From: the human T2T-CHM13v2.0 reference genome, Homo sapiens
Strand: one strand, 5' to 3'
NCBI RefSeq assembly: GCF_009914755.1
Contig: NC_060929.1
DNA length: 64,000 nt
Both the position numbers and the translations under genes were made by a program. This document shows positions 26,972 to 40,852 of the stretch, piece by piece. Each line of letters begins with the position of its first letter. Position 1 is the first letter of the stretch. A model generated the notes under the pieces. It saw only the letters and a list, made by a program, of their open reading frames with translations, was not told where the DNA came from and ran no database searches.

Positions 26972-27690
26972 AAGTAGTTCTCCCTTATCTGCGGGGGATA
27001 CGTTTTAAGATCTCCAGTGGATGCCTGAAACCTTGAATGGAGCTGAATCCAACTGCTTTCAATTTGAACACGTTTCTGTTCATATCTTCCACCCACAAAT
27101 TTAATTCCTTTTCCATCTTAACTACACTTATCACACATTGTGGCTGTAACTTTTGCAGTGTGAGGTGCAATAACAAAACTAACATGAAATTCTTTTTCTT
27201 CATTCACAATTTCATGGATAGACTTGTTCTTACCATAGATCTTAGCAACCTCAGCATACGATTTCTTTCCTTTCCTTGCTAAGTAGAGAACTTCCACCTG
27301 TTCACTTAAAAGAAGTACTTTATGGCTTCTCATTTTATATATATCTGAATTGCTAGCATCAATACTCTTGGGTTCAGGGGCCATGATGAAGTATAATAAG
27401 GTCACTTGCACATAAGCACTGCGATACTGTCAGTTGGTCTGATAACTGAGATGGCTACTAAGTGACTAGTGGGTGCGGAGCCTATACAGCATGGATATGC
27501 TGGGAAAAAGAGGAGTCATACCCTGGACGGGCTGGTGTGAAAGTTCACTGTGCTACTCAGAATGATGTACAATTTAAAATTTATGAATTGTTTATTTCTG
27601 GAATGTTCCATCTAATATTTTTGAATCACAGTGGGAACTGCAGAAAACAAAACCATGGAAAGTGAAACCGTGGATAAGGGGGAATTAGAG
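26972..27690 (-). mobile_element. MER44-family (Tigger7-derived) DNA transposon
   Basis: TIRs agtagttctcccttatctgcgg / ccgtggataagggggaatta, TA flanks. ORFs 27118..27411 and 26985..27203 encode a frameshifted CENP-B-type HTH (KKSYAEVAKIYGKNKSIHEIV; KMEKELNLWVEDMNR). Confidence 0.88.
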
Positions 27691-28004
27691 TATTAAATGA
27701 ATCAAACTTACTACACAGTGAGCCAACTGGCAACAGTAACCCTAAAATAGTTTATCTGCTCAGTTATACAGACTTAATATTTCACGAAAAATGATTTACC
27801 TAATGCAAGATAGAAACTCTGATTCATCTGTAAAACACAAACAATTCTCATTCAAAGACACGACATGAGGCTCCCAACAGACATCTTACTTCTCAAAGCA
27901 GGCTGTTAGCATGACAGTGAAGAAATCAGTCATGCTGGAGGCCCTGACATCTAGCCACAGGATCTCCACAGCCTTAAAGTGGGTAAATGGTAGTTCAGTG
28001 TCAC

Positions 28005-28170
28005 AGTAGCACAAGAGGCTGGAGTCAGAGAGGTCAGGATTTGAATCCTGGCTCCATTCATTGGCTGCAAAACACTGGGCAAGTCACTTAACCTCTCTAA
28101 ACCATATTTCTTTTATTTGTAAATTTGGAATAACTATACTTATCACACAGGGCTATTAGAAGGACCATAT
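28005..28170 (+). mobile_element. MIR SINE
   Basis: ggctggagtcaga...gatttgaatcctggctcc...gggcaagtcacttaacctctct core. Confidence 0.8.
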
Positions 28171-29506
28171 GACATATTTATATAGGTCCAGAGCAGGCAT
28201 ATCCTCCTCCTCCTCTTAATAAGAATAATAATGAAGAATATTTTATTGGACACTTATTAGAAGAAACTGAAGTGTAGAGAAGATGGTAGCTTGCCTGACT
28301 CCTCACAGCTATGAGATAATGAGGTAGTGGAGAAGCCCAGTGCCTTACACACGGTATGTGTAATATCTTAAATGACAGCTATTATTTTTACTACTACTAC
28401 TGTTTCTTCTATTACTGCTATTAGTAGGCTTCTACTGTTATTTATGATGACAATATGGCATTCTGAAGGCAGGATTTGTATCTCTTATGTTCACTGCTGG
28501 ATGACCTGATATATCAGTACATTTAATCAAATGAATTCAGGCCACAGTCCTTTTATTGGTGGCCTACGACTTCTAGCTTACATCCTTGACTCTGTATTTC
28601 CATCTCATCAACTCAGTTCTCTTGGGCACATGAGAATCATCAGGGAATCATCAAGACCTACAGAGATCCTGGCAGTTGGTTGCTGACATACTAACTGCCT
28701 GGTTTGGGGAGAGAGAGACACTGCCCAAACGGCCACCCTCTAGTGGACCAAACAACACCATTCTTTAAGTATTGGATTAATTTTCCTAATTCCTGCACTA
28801 CATGAATCTTTAGTGCCAGTAAAGATAACAGTGCCTCTTTTTTCCTCTCTTTTTACCTATTGTCAGCTTAAAATTGGAATAGACTAGGTTAAAAGCTCAG
28901 GAAGGGAAATGTGAGGGTAGCTCACTGTGCTGTGATTATGCATCAAAAGACACTTCATAATCTCTATGCTCGCAATAAGACAGATGTCTAAGCCTTGCTC
29001 AATAACAGATTACCTTCACCATGACTGTAGCACTATTGCATCTTTCTAAATAAACAAGGGAGAGCATACAATGGTTTTAATTTGAATATATTTAAACACA
29101 AAATTAAAGGTGTCTTTTTTGTATAGTAACTATTTTCAATAGAATAAACAAGTTCTAAGTAAATAAGATGTTAATAACATTCATGATTCATAGCACAAAA
29201 GAAGCTTTAATTACTACATTCTGTCTCCCAAAGCAGATTTTAAAAAATTTTTCTCGTGCCTTTGTGTCTTTCTTTATTCCCAAAATGACTTTGACAACAT
29301 AAAACAAACCCAGTTGGATTCTGAAACTGAAGTCTTTGCAAAGAGTACCTGGTCTATCAATCCCTCAATACTGGTACCGTTTACATTAAACAACTCATTC
29401 AGCCATTTCTTCAATATTTTATAATCGTTGCCATCTTCATACCTGTTTGGGCTGTTTTGTCATTATAAAGACCCAGTGTATTGAGCCTTCAAAATGCGAG
29501 GCTTAC

Positions 29507-29632
29507 CGATGCATCGAGAGCCATCTGTTGAGGTTACATATCCACGTGGACAAACACAAAAATAGCTTCCCACGGTGTTGGAACATTCACCAGTTTCACA
29601 TATCCCAGGAATGATGCTGCACTCATCAATGT
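29507..29632 (-). CDS. FBN2: FBN2 coding exon (exon 8), calcium-binding EGF domain, 126 nt, phase 1-1
   Basis: Acceptor ttcttcccttgattag|AC, donor ATCG|gtaagc. Translates (D)[41 protein letters not shown], with 6 Cys and the D-x-D-E...C-x-N-x-x-G-S-Y cbEGF consensus. Too short for the ORF track. Confidence 0.97.
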
Positions 29633-31861
29633 CTAATCAAGGGAAGAAGGAGAAGATGATTGAGAAAGGCCTTCATTAAATAGCTTTTAAAAGAGATTTT
29701 TTTTTTAAGAGTATGAGAGCATTCATGGTTGATTAGGTCAGATCATATAACCCTGAAGATACTCTTGTTTCAGGCCCCAAAGAATTTCTCACACATATCT
29801 ATGGGAACTGAGATGAAAGTAAACTCCCATGGCAGTTAAAACAAGGCCAACTAAAGCAGAACTCTATACCCTTTTTTAAAAATGCAATTTAAATTGGAAA
29901 TAAGTAAAGATGTCAATGTTTTAGTTTCCATTCTACATCAACTAGGGAATTATCCTACTAGAGCCTTTAAAAAAACACATACATGGATTACATTTTAAAA
30001 TATAGAATAACTGTATTTGAAAATGTATAACTAATTTTCACACTATTTGAAGCAATGAAGAGTGGCAAATAACTTTTTTTTAAACTTGGCTTCAGGATAT
30101 GTTTTTGTACTTACATTTGAATATGGGAGTATTTGACATTCTGGGAACAACTTCAATCTAAAATAATACAGAAACATGGTAAAGGGCAAAAACTTGGGAG
30201 GCTTTGGGAAGTGTCCAGTTTTCCTATTGTACCTCCCTACATTTATCCATTCAGCATACTCAATGCTGGAAATAGTCTATTTCCTTTCCCATTAATGAAA
30301 AGTCTGCTTTCTTTAAAATTTTCCTTAAAGCAGAAAACCCAGTCATTTATATAAACTTTTAATGTACTTCTCTTCTAGTTCAGTAAGCAGAGAGAGGTGG
30401 GAAGTCTAACAAAGCTGCAATTAGGGATAACTGGGAGCTAATTGCTAATACATTTAAAAAGGAAATGAGTCATTGTGAGAAAAATCCACCCAAATTCCTG
30501 GGAGGTGGCTGTCTTTTTTAATGAACAGAGGTAGCAAAAGCCAGTAACTAGAAGAAACAACAATAAAAGCCATACATACAGATAATTACTGAAAAGTCAA
30601 AATAAGCTGACTTTTAGTTTTTCTCTTTTCAGTTGCATTTATTCTTTTAAAATGTCCAATAAAAAAGGAAAAATAATTATATTCCTATTATAAACACACA
30701 AAATATGTTTAACCCCACGCTTAAAAAGAAAAAGGTTGCCAATGCCTTTCTTACATCCTTTTATTGGTCTATTCATTATTTTTTTCCATTTATTCTGGCA
30801 AGTCACTCTTGCCTACAAGCTTTATCATGAAATAACTATACGCTGTGTGTCTTCTTGGCATGTTCTTATAAAAAAAGTTACCAGATTCAGACATTCTATG
30901 AAATAATATCTTCATTTGAGGCTTAACACTTAGCCACTGAAGGCACAGAGGTACAAATCAAAAATCTACCAATTTCCCAAGAGAGATCAGAATTCTAACA
31001 TGAATTGACTACATGAGGAGTAAATACAAAATGTGGTCAAAGAGCTGCCATCAGACTTAATCCAACAAAATAAAACCACGTGTGCAAAATTAGGTCCTGT
31101 TGCATCCTGTGTTGCTATCTTAGTGCAGTGCATCTTAATACAACTGAGCATGGATTCAAAAGAGAGATGAAACTAAACAGCTGTACTTTAATTACCACAG
31201 AAACTTATCACCTCTGGATAAGGAAGAGAAAAAGAAAAGAAAGAAAAGAAGGATACAAGGTAAAGCAAGCATTAAAAAAGTGAAGAACTAAAACTTGCCT
31301 TCTCACTCTCTTAACATCTAAAATTATATGAATTATCAAGGTGCTTATGAAGCCCAGGATTTATGCAAAATATTAAACATTAAGAGACTCAACTTTTTCA
31401 TTTAAACATTGGCTTTTATTTCTAGGCATTTCGTTTCATAATAAACAACTTCCCTATGCCCTAGTCTTAAAACTCTTCCTGACAATAAAAAGAACAGAAA
31501 ATTAAAAGATGTTTGACATTTTCTTTTTTTGGATAAAATAAATCTGGGACATAGAAGGACATGTGGAGTGACATTAAATTTGTGGTTTTTCTGTTAACAA
31601 TTTTATTGTGCAAAAAAAACCTATGTGTTTCACAATTCTCCTTACAGTTGAGTAGGAACCCTAAAAGGTTAGCTTCAAAATAATTATACATAAAAGGCTC
31701 TCAGGTTTTGTATAAAAAATAGAAATGCTTTTAATTCATTTTTGGGCTAGACATCTACCATATTTTAAAAATTTAAAAATAAGGTGCTTTTTTAAAACAA
31801 CAACAACAAAACCCCAAAATACTGACCAAAACCCCTGCATTTTAATACAGTGTTGCCCAAT

Positions 31862-32656
31862 TGAGATGGGAGAGTTCCCTCGAGCCCCTCACAGGACTTG
31901 AGACAGGGGTGGCTTGTTTACTTGGCTGCCATGCTCAAACCCTTTGCTGGAGGGGAGCACACAGGTGAGCAGGTGCAGGAGCCAGGATGAGTGTTTCCGG
32001 ATGCCGGCAGGAACAAACCCTGTACCAGCCCACGGCAGTGTCTAGGTGTTGCCGGTGACCTGTGGAGCCCCAGAAGGTGTGTGTTACAAACAATGCTTTT
32101 TTAGCTTTGCCATTTGCAGATGGCTTAAATGTTAAAAAGCTCATGCCCAGTGTTTTCAAATTCTTGTCTGGTGTCCAGGGAGAATCAGGTCACGTGAATG
32201 AATTGAAGGATGGTGTATGCAGAGGATTTTATTGAGCGATGGAAGTGGCTTTCAGTGGGATGGGGAGGTGGAAAGCGGACGGAGTGGGAAGATTATCTTC
32301 CCCTGGAGTTTGGTCATCCCTAGCGGAACTCCTCTCTGACCGTCCCCAGCTGAACTCCTCTCCAACCGTAGTCTCTGATGTCCAGCTGCCTCTTCTCCTC
32401 TCGACATTCAGATGCTTCTTCTCTCCTTCCTTGCCATGGTGCTCTGCTCCTTTGCCAGTGGAGCTTGGGGTTTTTATAGGTACAGGGTAGGGGATATGGT
32501 GGGCCAGGGTGGTTTTGGAAAAGGCAACATTCGGGCAGGAAAGCAGGAATTCATGATCTCATTTAGGGTCGCAGGTCCAGGCTTGAGGGTGGAGCCCTCG
32601 CCAGGGACCCCCACCCCGTCTTCGACCTAGTATTTCCCTGCCTCCTGTCTGTATCA
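31862..32656 (-). mobile_element. ERV1 solo LTR, LTR1 family (LTR1/MER50-related)
   Basis: Minus strand starts TGATACAGACAGGAGGCAGGGAAATACT and ends GGGAACTCTCCCATCTCA. TG...CA termini, perfect 4-bp TSD caat (31858-31861, 32657-32660), TATAAAAA at 32478-32471. Confidence 0.88.
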
Positions 32657-33089
32657 CAATGTTTATCCATCAATTTAAATTTAGCATTAGCATTTATGTT
32701 CAGAAGGATACATGCATTTAGCTCTTTTGAATATTAGTTCTTCAATACTGTATGTCATAATCAGATTTGGAAGTATTATATCCACAAATATAAAGCATAT
32801 ATTATCTATGTATAAACAAGTGTGCCTAAAGGTGACAAGTCTGCTCATGGGAAAAAGCAGAGTCTTAACAATGGGAATTGGTTTCATCCATGTTCTGCAC
32901 ACTGAATATACTGCCACCCATCTCTCCTTGATCTTTTTTGAAACTATATCAGTTTGCAGCTTTGGTCTGCAAATATCAGAAAAACTGATTTAAACTGATA
33001 TAAATCAAAAATTTAATAGCTGTCATATCTGAAGTCTAGAAGTGGTTTCAACCAATGTGTCTTGTTCAGTTTCTGTGAGATATGTTCAA

Positions 33090-33400
33090 CTAGGCCTTCC
33101 TCTGTATTTTGACTTGAGCTGCCTTCCCTGATGGGAGCAAAATGGATACAGCAGCTTTAGGCTATTCCTTTGACTGGGACACCTAGTGGAAGAGAGTGTC
33201 TTTTCCAGTGCTCTCTCCTGAGAGGAAGAAAACTTTTTCCAGAAGCCCCCAGCAAATCATCCCTTTTGTCCTAATTTCTAGAATTGGGTCACATGCTAAT
33301 TTCTGAATGATGCCTCTGGCCAGGAAAATGTTCTGATTGGCATAGGCCTGGAGTCCTGAATGAATTTTTGTGGCCAGTCGAGTGAAGTTAGCTTCCAACT
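33090..33400 (-). mobile_element. Old MLT1 (J/K/L-like) LTR fragment
   Basis: ccagaagcccccagcaaa...agaattgggtcacatgc...ctgattggc motif series. Confidence 0.55.
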
Positions 33401-33499
33401 AATAAACAACAACAACAACAACAACAAAAAACAGCATGGGCAACTGGGTCTGAAAATACACCACAGTTGAAGAATGCACAGTGTACTAGAACAGCTGGG

Positions 33500-34310
33500 A
33501 AACTGATGGACAATAAGCTTAGCTAGTTAGGCATATGCTAAATCCTGAAAAGCCAAGCCAAGGACTGTGGCTTTTATTCTGAAGGTGATGAATAGTGTCT
33601 ATGAAGGAGTTTAAACAAAAGAATTACATAAGCCTATCAATATTTTAGAAAGATAGTCCTTGTGTTTAATGTGGACAGATGATATAATAGTCCAGGGATA
33701 AATGTTGAGAACTTGAAGTAAGGCTTTATGATGAGGAAGGGAACATATATTCAGGATATAATTTGAAGGAAAAATCAACAGGAAGGACTTTGTCACCAGA
33801 AAGATATCTTACACTACTATTTTGATTGACAAGGATGATGACATAGTGCTATTAACAAAGAATGGAACACGAATGGAAGAACATGTTTTACAGTTAAGTT
33901 GAGCTTTGGACATTTTGATCCTGGGATGTTTGAGAGAAACCAGTAAAAATTCTAATCTACAGAGCTAAAAATTTGGGTATGAAACTTAGCAAAGAGGTAA
34001 ATTATAAAGATGGACATTTGTGGTTTATCACCAAGTATAAGGATTGCCTTTGAAGTTATGGCAACATATGAGATTTCCAAAGAAGACAAATGAAAAGACT
34101 GGAATTGAAGGAGGAAACCATGAGAACTATCAACATCTAAGAAAAAGTCAGAGGAAGAAAAGCAGAATAGGAGTCTGGGAAGGAAGGATCATGGAGGAAG
34201 GAGGAAGAATGTGAAAAACGGAGGCTAAGGAAGAACACTGTGAAAACAGGGGGATTGTCAAGTGTGACTTCAAAGGGCAAAAAAAGAGAAAGACTGGGAA
34301 GTCTTCAGTA
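33500..34310 (-). mobile_element. L2 LINE fragment
   Basis: gccaaggactgtggcttttattctgaagg, ttttagaaagatagtcc, gagctttggacatttt. Confidence 0.6.
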
Positions 34311-34944
34311 ATGTGAAGACTCTGAACACAGGTTTTTTAAAAAAGGAAATCCAATCTAAACAAAACCATCTGACAGATTTCTGACTGCCAAACCACATAA
34401 CCTCATATTTGTCAACCAACATTTCCTGTAAATCTTATACTAAACGGAATATAATGAATAATTTGATAAGTAGTGATAACATGATCTCAGATATCAATGA
34501 ATTCTAAGAACACCCTAGAGAGACTGTCCATTCTTATAGGTACATGTCACAGAAAAAAAGCCATCCATGTAACAATTATGTTACAGAAGCTTAGTACAAA
34601 TAAAACAAGAAATTTTGTTTTAAAAACATGTTCTTAGAACATTTTGTTTCCACTGATGCCAAGAACTATACATATTTGGAATATTCTGTATAATATCTTT
34701 TTGATATAGAAAAAAGTAAGCATATTTTTGCATACACTGAACTTCCACTTATTCGTATACTGTTTGACACTAGGAAAATTCATGATTGAAGTGTTAAGTG
34801 CAATAATTTGCTGCCTATTTCCAGCTTTTCTAAAGACAACAGGCAATATCAATATTACAAATTGCAATGGAAAATTGATGTCTGCTTTCCTCTTTTCAGA
34901 TTTCAAAAGCATGGTGTGTATCAACTGTACTCAGAATTTCAATT

Positions 34945-35893
34945 TATAAACAGCTTTACTGAGACATGATTCACATGTCATACAATTCACACATTTAAAG
35001 TGTAAAACTCAAATGATTTTAGTGTAGTCACAAGGTTGTGCAGCCATAACTACAACCTGATTTCAGAACATTTTCATCCCCCCCCAAGGAAATTCCAGCC
35101 TATTAGCAATCATTCCTCCTATTCCTCTCCAAGCCCTACGCAACCACTGATCTCATTTCTGTCTCTATATATTTGTTTATTCTGGACATTTCATATAAAT
35201 AGAATCATAAAATATGTGGTCCTTTGTGTCTGGCTTCTTTCACTTAGTTTATGTTTTCAAGGTTCATTCATGTTGGGGCATGTATCAGCACTTCATTCCT
35301 TTTAATTGCTAAATAATATTCTATTGTATGGATATACCACAGTTTATTCATTTATCAGTCAATGAATACTTGGGTTATTTCCATTTTTTATTTTTTGGCT
35401 ATTATAAATAAAGTTGCCATGAACATTCAGGTATTCATTTTGTGTAGACATATGTTTTCATTTATCTTAGATATACACCTAGAAGTGGAATTGCTGAGTC
35501 ATACAGTAATTCTATGTTTAACTTGTTGAGGAACTGACAAACTGTTTTCCAAAGCAGCTGTAATAATTTACATCCCCACTAGCAATATATGAGGGAGTCC
35601 TTCATACACACCACATCCTCACCTTCACTCATTATCTACTTTTTTTTTTGCTTGTAGGTGTGAAGTGGTATCACATTATAACTTGGTTTGCATTTGCCTG
35701 ATGATTAATAATGATGAGCATATTTTCATGTCCTTATTTGCCGTTTGCGTATTGTCTTTGGAGAAATATCTGTTCAATTCCTTTGCCCAGTTTTTAATTA
35801 AGTTACTTATGTTTTTAACGAATGAGTTATAAAAATTCTTTACATATGTCCCACATGTTATATGATTTGCCTATGAATTTCCATGTAAACTTT
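34945..35893 (-). mobile_element. L1MB-type LINE 3' part
   Basis: aacagctttactgagacatgattcacatgtcatacaattcacacatttaaagtg tail, then ORF2-end motifs. Confidence 0.85.
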
Positions 35894-38800
35894 TTAAAAA
35901 AGTTTTTCATTAAAATATAACATTTATACATTTTTATGGGACACATGGCATTTAGTTACACGCACAGAATGTGTAATGATCAAGTCAGGGCATTTAGGGT
36001 ATCCCTCACATCTTGACTATCATTTCTATGTGGTAAAAATATTTCAAGTCCTCTCTTCTAGTTATTTTGAAATATAAAATACCTTGTTGTTAACTATAGT
36101 CACCCTACTCTTGTTATGAAACACTGGAACTTATTCCTTCTGTCTAACTGTATGTTTGTACACATTAAGTAACTTCTCTTCATCCTCCACTATGGCCAAA
36201 CATCCTTCCCAGCCTTTGGTAACTCTTATTCTACTCTCTCACTCCATGAGATCAATTTTTATACACATATGAGTGAGACCATGAAATATTTGCCTTTATC
36301 TTCTGAACTCATTTCACTTAACATAAATACCCTCCAGTTCCACCCACGTTGCTGCAATTGACAGTATTTTATTCTTTTTTATAACCAAGTAGTATTTCAT
36401 TGTGTATATATATCACATTTTTTTAATCCAGTCATCCAGTGACGAATGCTTAGGTTGATTCCATATCTTTGCTACAGTGAAAAGTGCTGCTATAAACATG
36501 AGGGTGCAGGTGTCCCTCTGATATAATAATTTCCTTTGAATAAATGCTATGTAGTGGAACTGCCAGATCACATGGCAGTTTTATTTGTAATTTTTTGAGA
36601 AATATCCATACTGTTTTCCATATTGGTTGTACTAATTTACATTACCACCAACAGTGTATAAGAGTTCCCTTTTCTCCACATCCTTACCAGCATCTGCTAT
36701 TTTCTGTCTTTTTAATAATAGTGATTTTAACTGGAATAAGATGACATCTCATTGTAATTTTGATTTGCATGTCTCTCATGATTAGTAATACTGAGCATTT
36801 TTTCAAGTATCTCTTGACCATTTTTATGACTTCTTCTGAGAAATGTCCATAGTTTGCACTTTTTTTTTTTTTTTTTTAGACAGAGTTTTGCTCTTGCTGC
36901 CCAGGCTGGAGTGCAATGGGGCGATCTCGGCTCACCGCAACCTCTACCTCCCAGTTCAAGCAATTCTCCTGCTTCGGCCTCCCAAGTAGCTAGGATTACA
37001 GGCATGTACCATCACACCCAGCTAATTTTGTATTTTTAGTAGAGATGGGGTTTCTCCATGTTGAACAGGCTGGTCTCAAACTCCTGACCTCAGGTGATCT
37101 GCCCGCCTCAGCCTCCCAAAGTGTTGGGATTACAGGCGTGAGCCACTGAGCCCGAACCCATAGTTTGCAAACATTTTATCCAATTTAACAGGACTGACTC
37201 TTCACTCTGTGGATTATTTCCTTCGCTGTTCAGAAGCTTTTAGTTTAATAGAGTCCCATTTGTCAATTTTTGTTTTTGTTGCCTGTGCTTTTGAGTCGTA
37301 GTCATAAAATTCTTGCCCAGACAATGTCCTGGAGTGTTTCCCATATGCCTTCTTCTAGTAGTTTTATGGTTTCGGGTCTTATGTTTAGGTCTTTAATCCA
37401 TCTTGAGCTAATTTTTGTATATGGTGAGAGACAGGGGTCTAGTTCCATTCTTCTGCATATAGATATCCAGTTTTCCCAGCACCATTTACTGAAAAGGATG
37501 TCCATTCCTCAATGTTGTTTTGGCACCTTTGGTGAAAATCTGTAAATAGGAGGATTTATTTCTGGGTTCTCCTGTTCCACTGGTCTAGTATCTGTTTTTA
37601 TGCAAGTATCATGCTGTTTTGGTTACTAGAGCCTTGTAATATATTTTTGAAGTCAGGTTAGTGTGATGCCTCCATTGATTCTATATGAATTTTAGGATTG
37701 TTTTTTCTAATTCTGTGAAAAATGACATTCATATTTTGATAGGGATTGCACTGAATCTGTAGATTGTTTTGGGTAATATAATCATTTTAATGATATTAAT
37801 TCTTCTGATCTATAAGCATGGAATGTCTTTCCATTTGTTTGTGTCCCCTTCAATTTCTTTCGTAAGTGTTTTGCAGTTTTCCTTATGGAAGAATTCACTT
37901 CCTTAGTTAAATTTATTCTTAAGTATTTTATTATTGTTTTTGCAGCGATGGTAAATAGAATTGCCTTTTGAGTTCTTTTTTTAGCTACTTCATTATTGGT
38001 ATATAGAAATGCTACTGATTTTGTGCACTGATTTTTTTATCCTGAAAATTTACTGAATTTATTTATCAGATCTAAGAGGTTTTGGTGCAATTTTTAGGAT
38101 TTCTAAATATAAGATCATGTCATCTACAAAGAGAGACAATTTGATTTCCTCTTTTCTAATTTGTATGCCTTTTATTTCTTTCTCTCTTGTCTGATTGCTC
38201 TGGCTAGGACTTCTGTAGTCTGTTCAATATAAGTGGTGAATGTAGGCATCGTCTTATTCCAGTTCTTCGAGGAAAGGCTTTCAGCTTTTCCCCATTCAGT
38301 ATGGTGTCAGCTGTGAGTGTGTCATACATGGCATTTTTAATGTCGAGGTATGTTCCTTCTATGCATAGTTTGTGGAGGGATTTTTCATGAAGGGATGATG
38401 GATTTTATCAAATGCTTTTCCTGCATCTATTGAGATGATCATATGGTTTTCATCCTTCATTCTGCTGATGTGATGTATAATGCTTCTGGATTTGCATATG
38501 TTGAACTATCCTTGTATCTCTGGGATAAATCTCATTTGATTGTGGTGTGTTATCTTTCTGATGTGCTGTTGGATTCAGTTTGCTACTATTTTGTTGGGGA
38601 TTTTTACGTCTATATTCATCAGGAATATTGGCCTGTAGTTCTTTTTTGTTGTTTTGTCCTTGTCTGGTTTTGTAGAATGCATTAAGGACAGTACTTTCCT
38701 TTTCAATTTTTGGGAATAGTTTGAGGAGAATTGGAGTTAGTTCTTCTTTATAATTTTGGTAGAATTTGGCAGTGAATACATCCAATCCTGGGCTTTTCTT

Positions 38801-39674
38801 TGTTGGGAGATGTTTTATTACTGATTAAGTCTTATTGCTTATATTGGCTTGTTCTGGTTTTCAATTTCTTCCTGATTCAATCTTGGTAGGCTGTATGTGT
38901 CCACAGATTTATCTATTTCTTCTAGACTTTCCAGTTTGTTAGTTATACCTGATTATAATAGTCTTTAATAATCTTTTGCATTCTGTGGTATCAGTTGTTA
39001 TGTCTCCCTTTTCATTTCTAATTTTGATTAGTTAGTCATCTCAACTAATTTTGTTAGTCATCTCTCCTTCTTATTGATTACTCTAACTAGTGGTTTATCA
39101 ATCATGTTTATCTTTTCAGAAAAACCAACTTTTCATTTTGTTGATCCTTTGTATTGTTTTTTCAGTCTCTATTTTGCTTAGTTTTGCTCTGATCTTTATT
39201 TCTTTCCTTCCACTAATTTTGGGTTTGGTTTGTTCTTGCTTTTCTAGTTCCTTGAGGTGCATCATTAATTGTTTTACTTAAAATCTTTGTACTTTTTCTG
39301 ACCCAGGTATTTATTGCTACAAACTTTCCTCTTAGCATTACTTTTGTTGTATAACATAGGTTTTGGTATGTTGCGTTTCCATTGTCATTTGTTTCAAGAC
39401 ATTTTTAAAATGTCCTTATTCCTTTCTTCATTGACCCATTGATTTCATTCTTCAATGGTCATTTAGGAGCATGTTGTTGAATTTCCATTTATTTGTACAT
39501 TTTTCAATGTTTCTCTTCTTATTGATTTCTTGTTTTATTCTATTGTGATCTGAGAAGATATGTGGTATGATTTTGATTTTTAAAAAATTTGTTGAGACTT
39601 GTTCTGTGACCTAACATATGGTCTCTATCCTGGAGAATATTCTATGTGCTGCTACGAAAAATGTGTATTTTGCA
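35894..39674 (-). mobile_element. L1MA-type LINE (3' UTR and ORF2) nested in the L1MB element and interrupted by an Alu
   Basis: tgtgtaatgatcaagtcaggg tail; ORF2 remnants in ORFs 37302..37505 ([21 protein letters not shown]) and 38450..38785 ([21 protein letters not shown]). Confidence 0.88.
36860..37157 (-). mobile_element. AluSp-like element with 12-bp TSD
   Basis: Poly-T then gagttttgctcttgctgcccaggctggagtgcaatgg; ccatagtttgca at 36847-36858 and 37158-37169. Confidence 0.95.
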
Positions 39675-40852
<1,178 letters not shown>

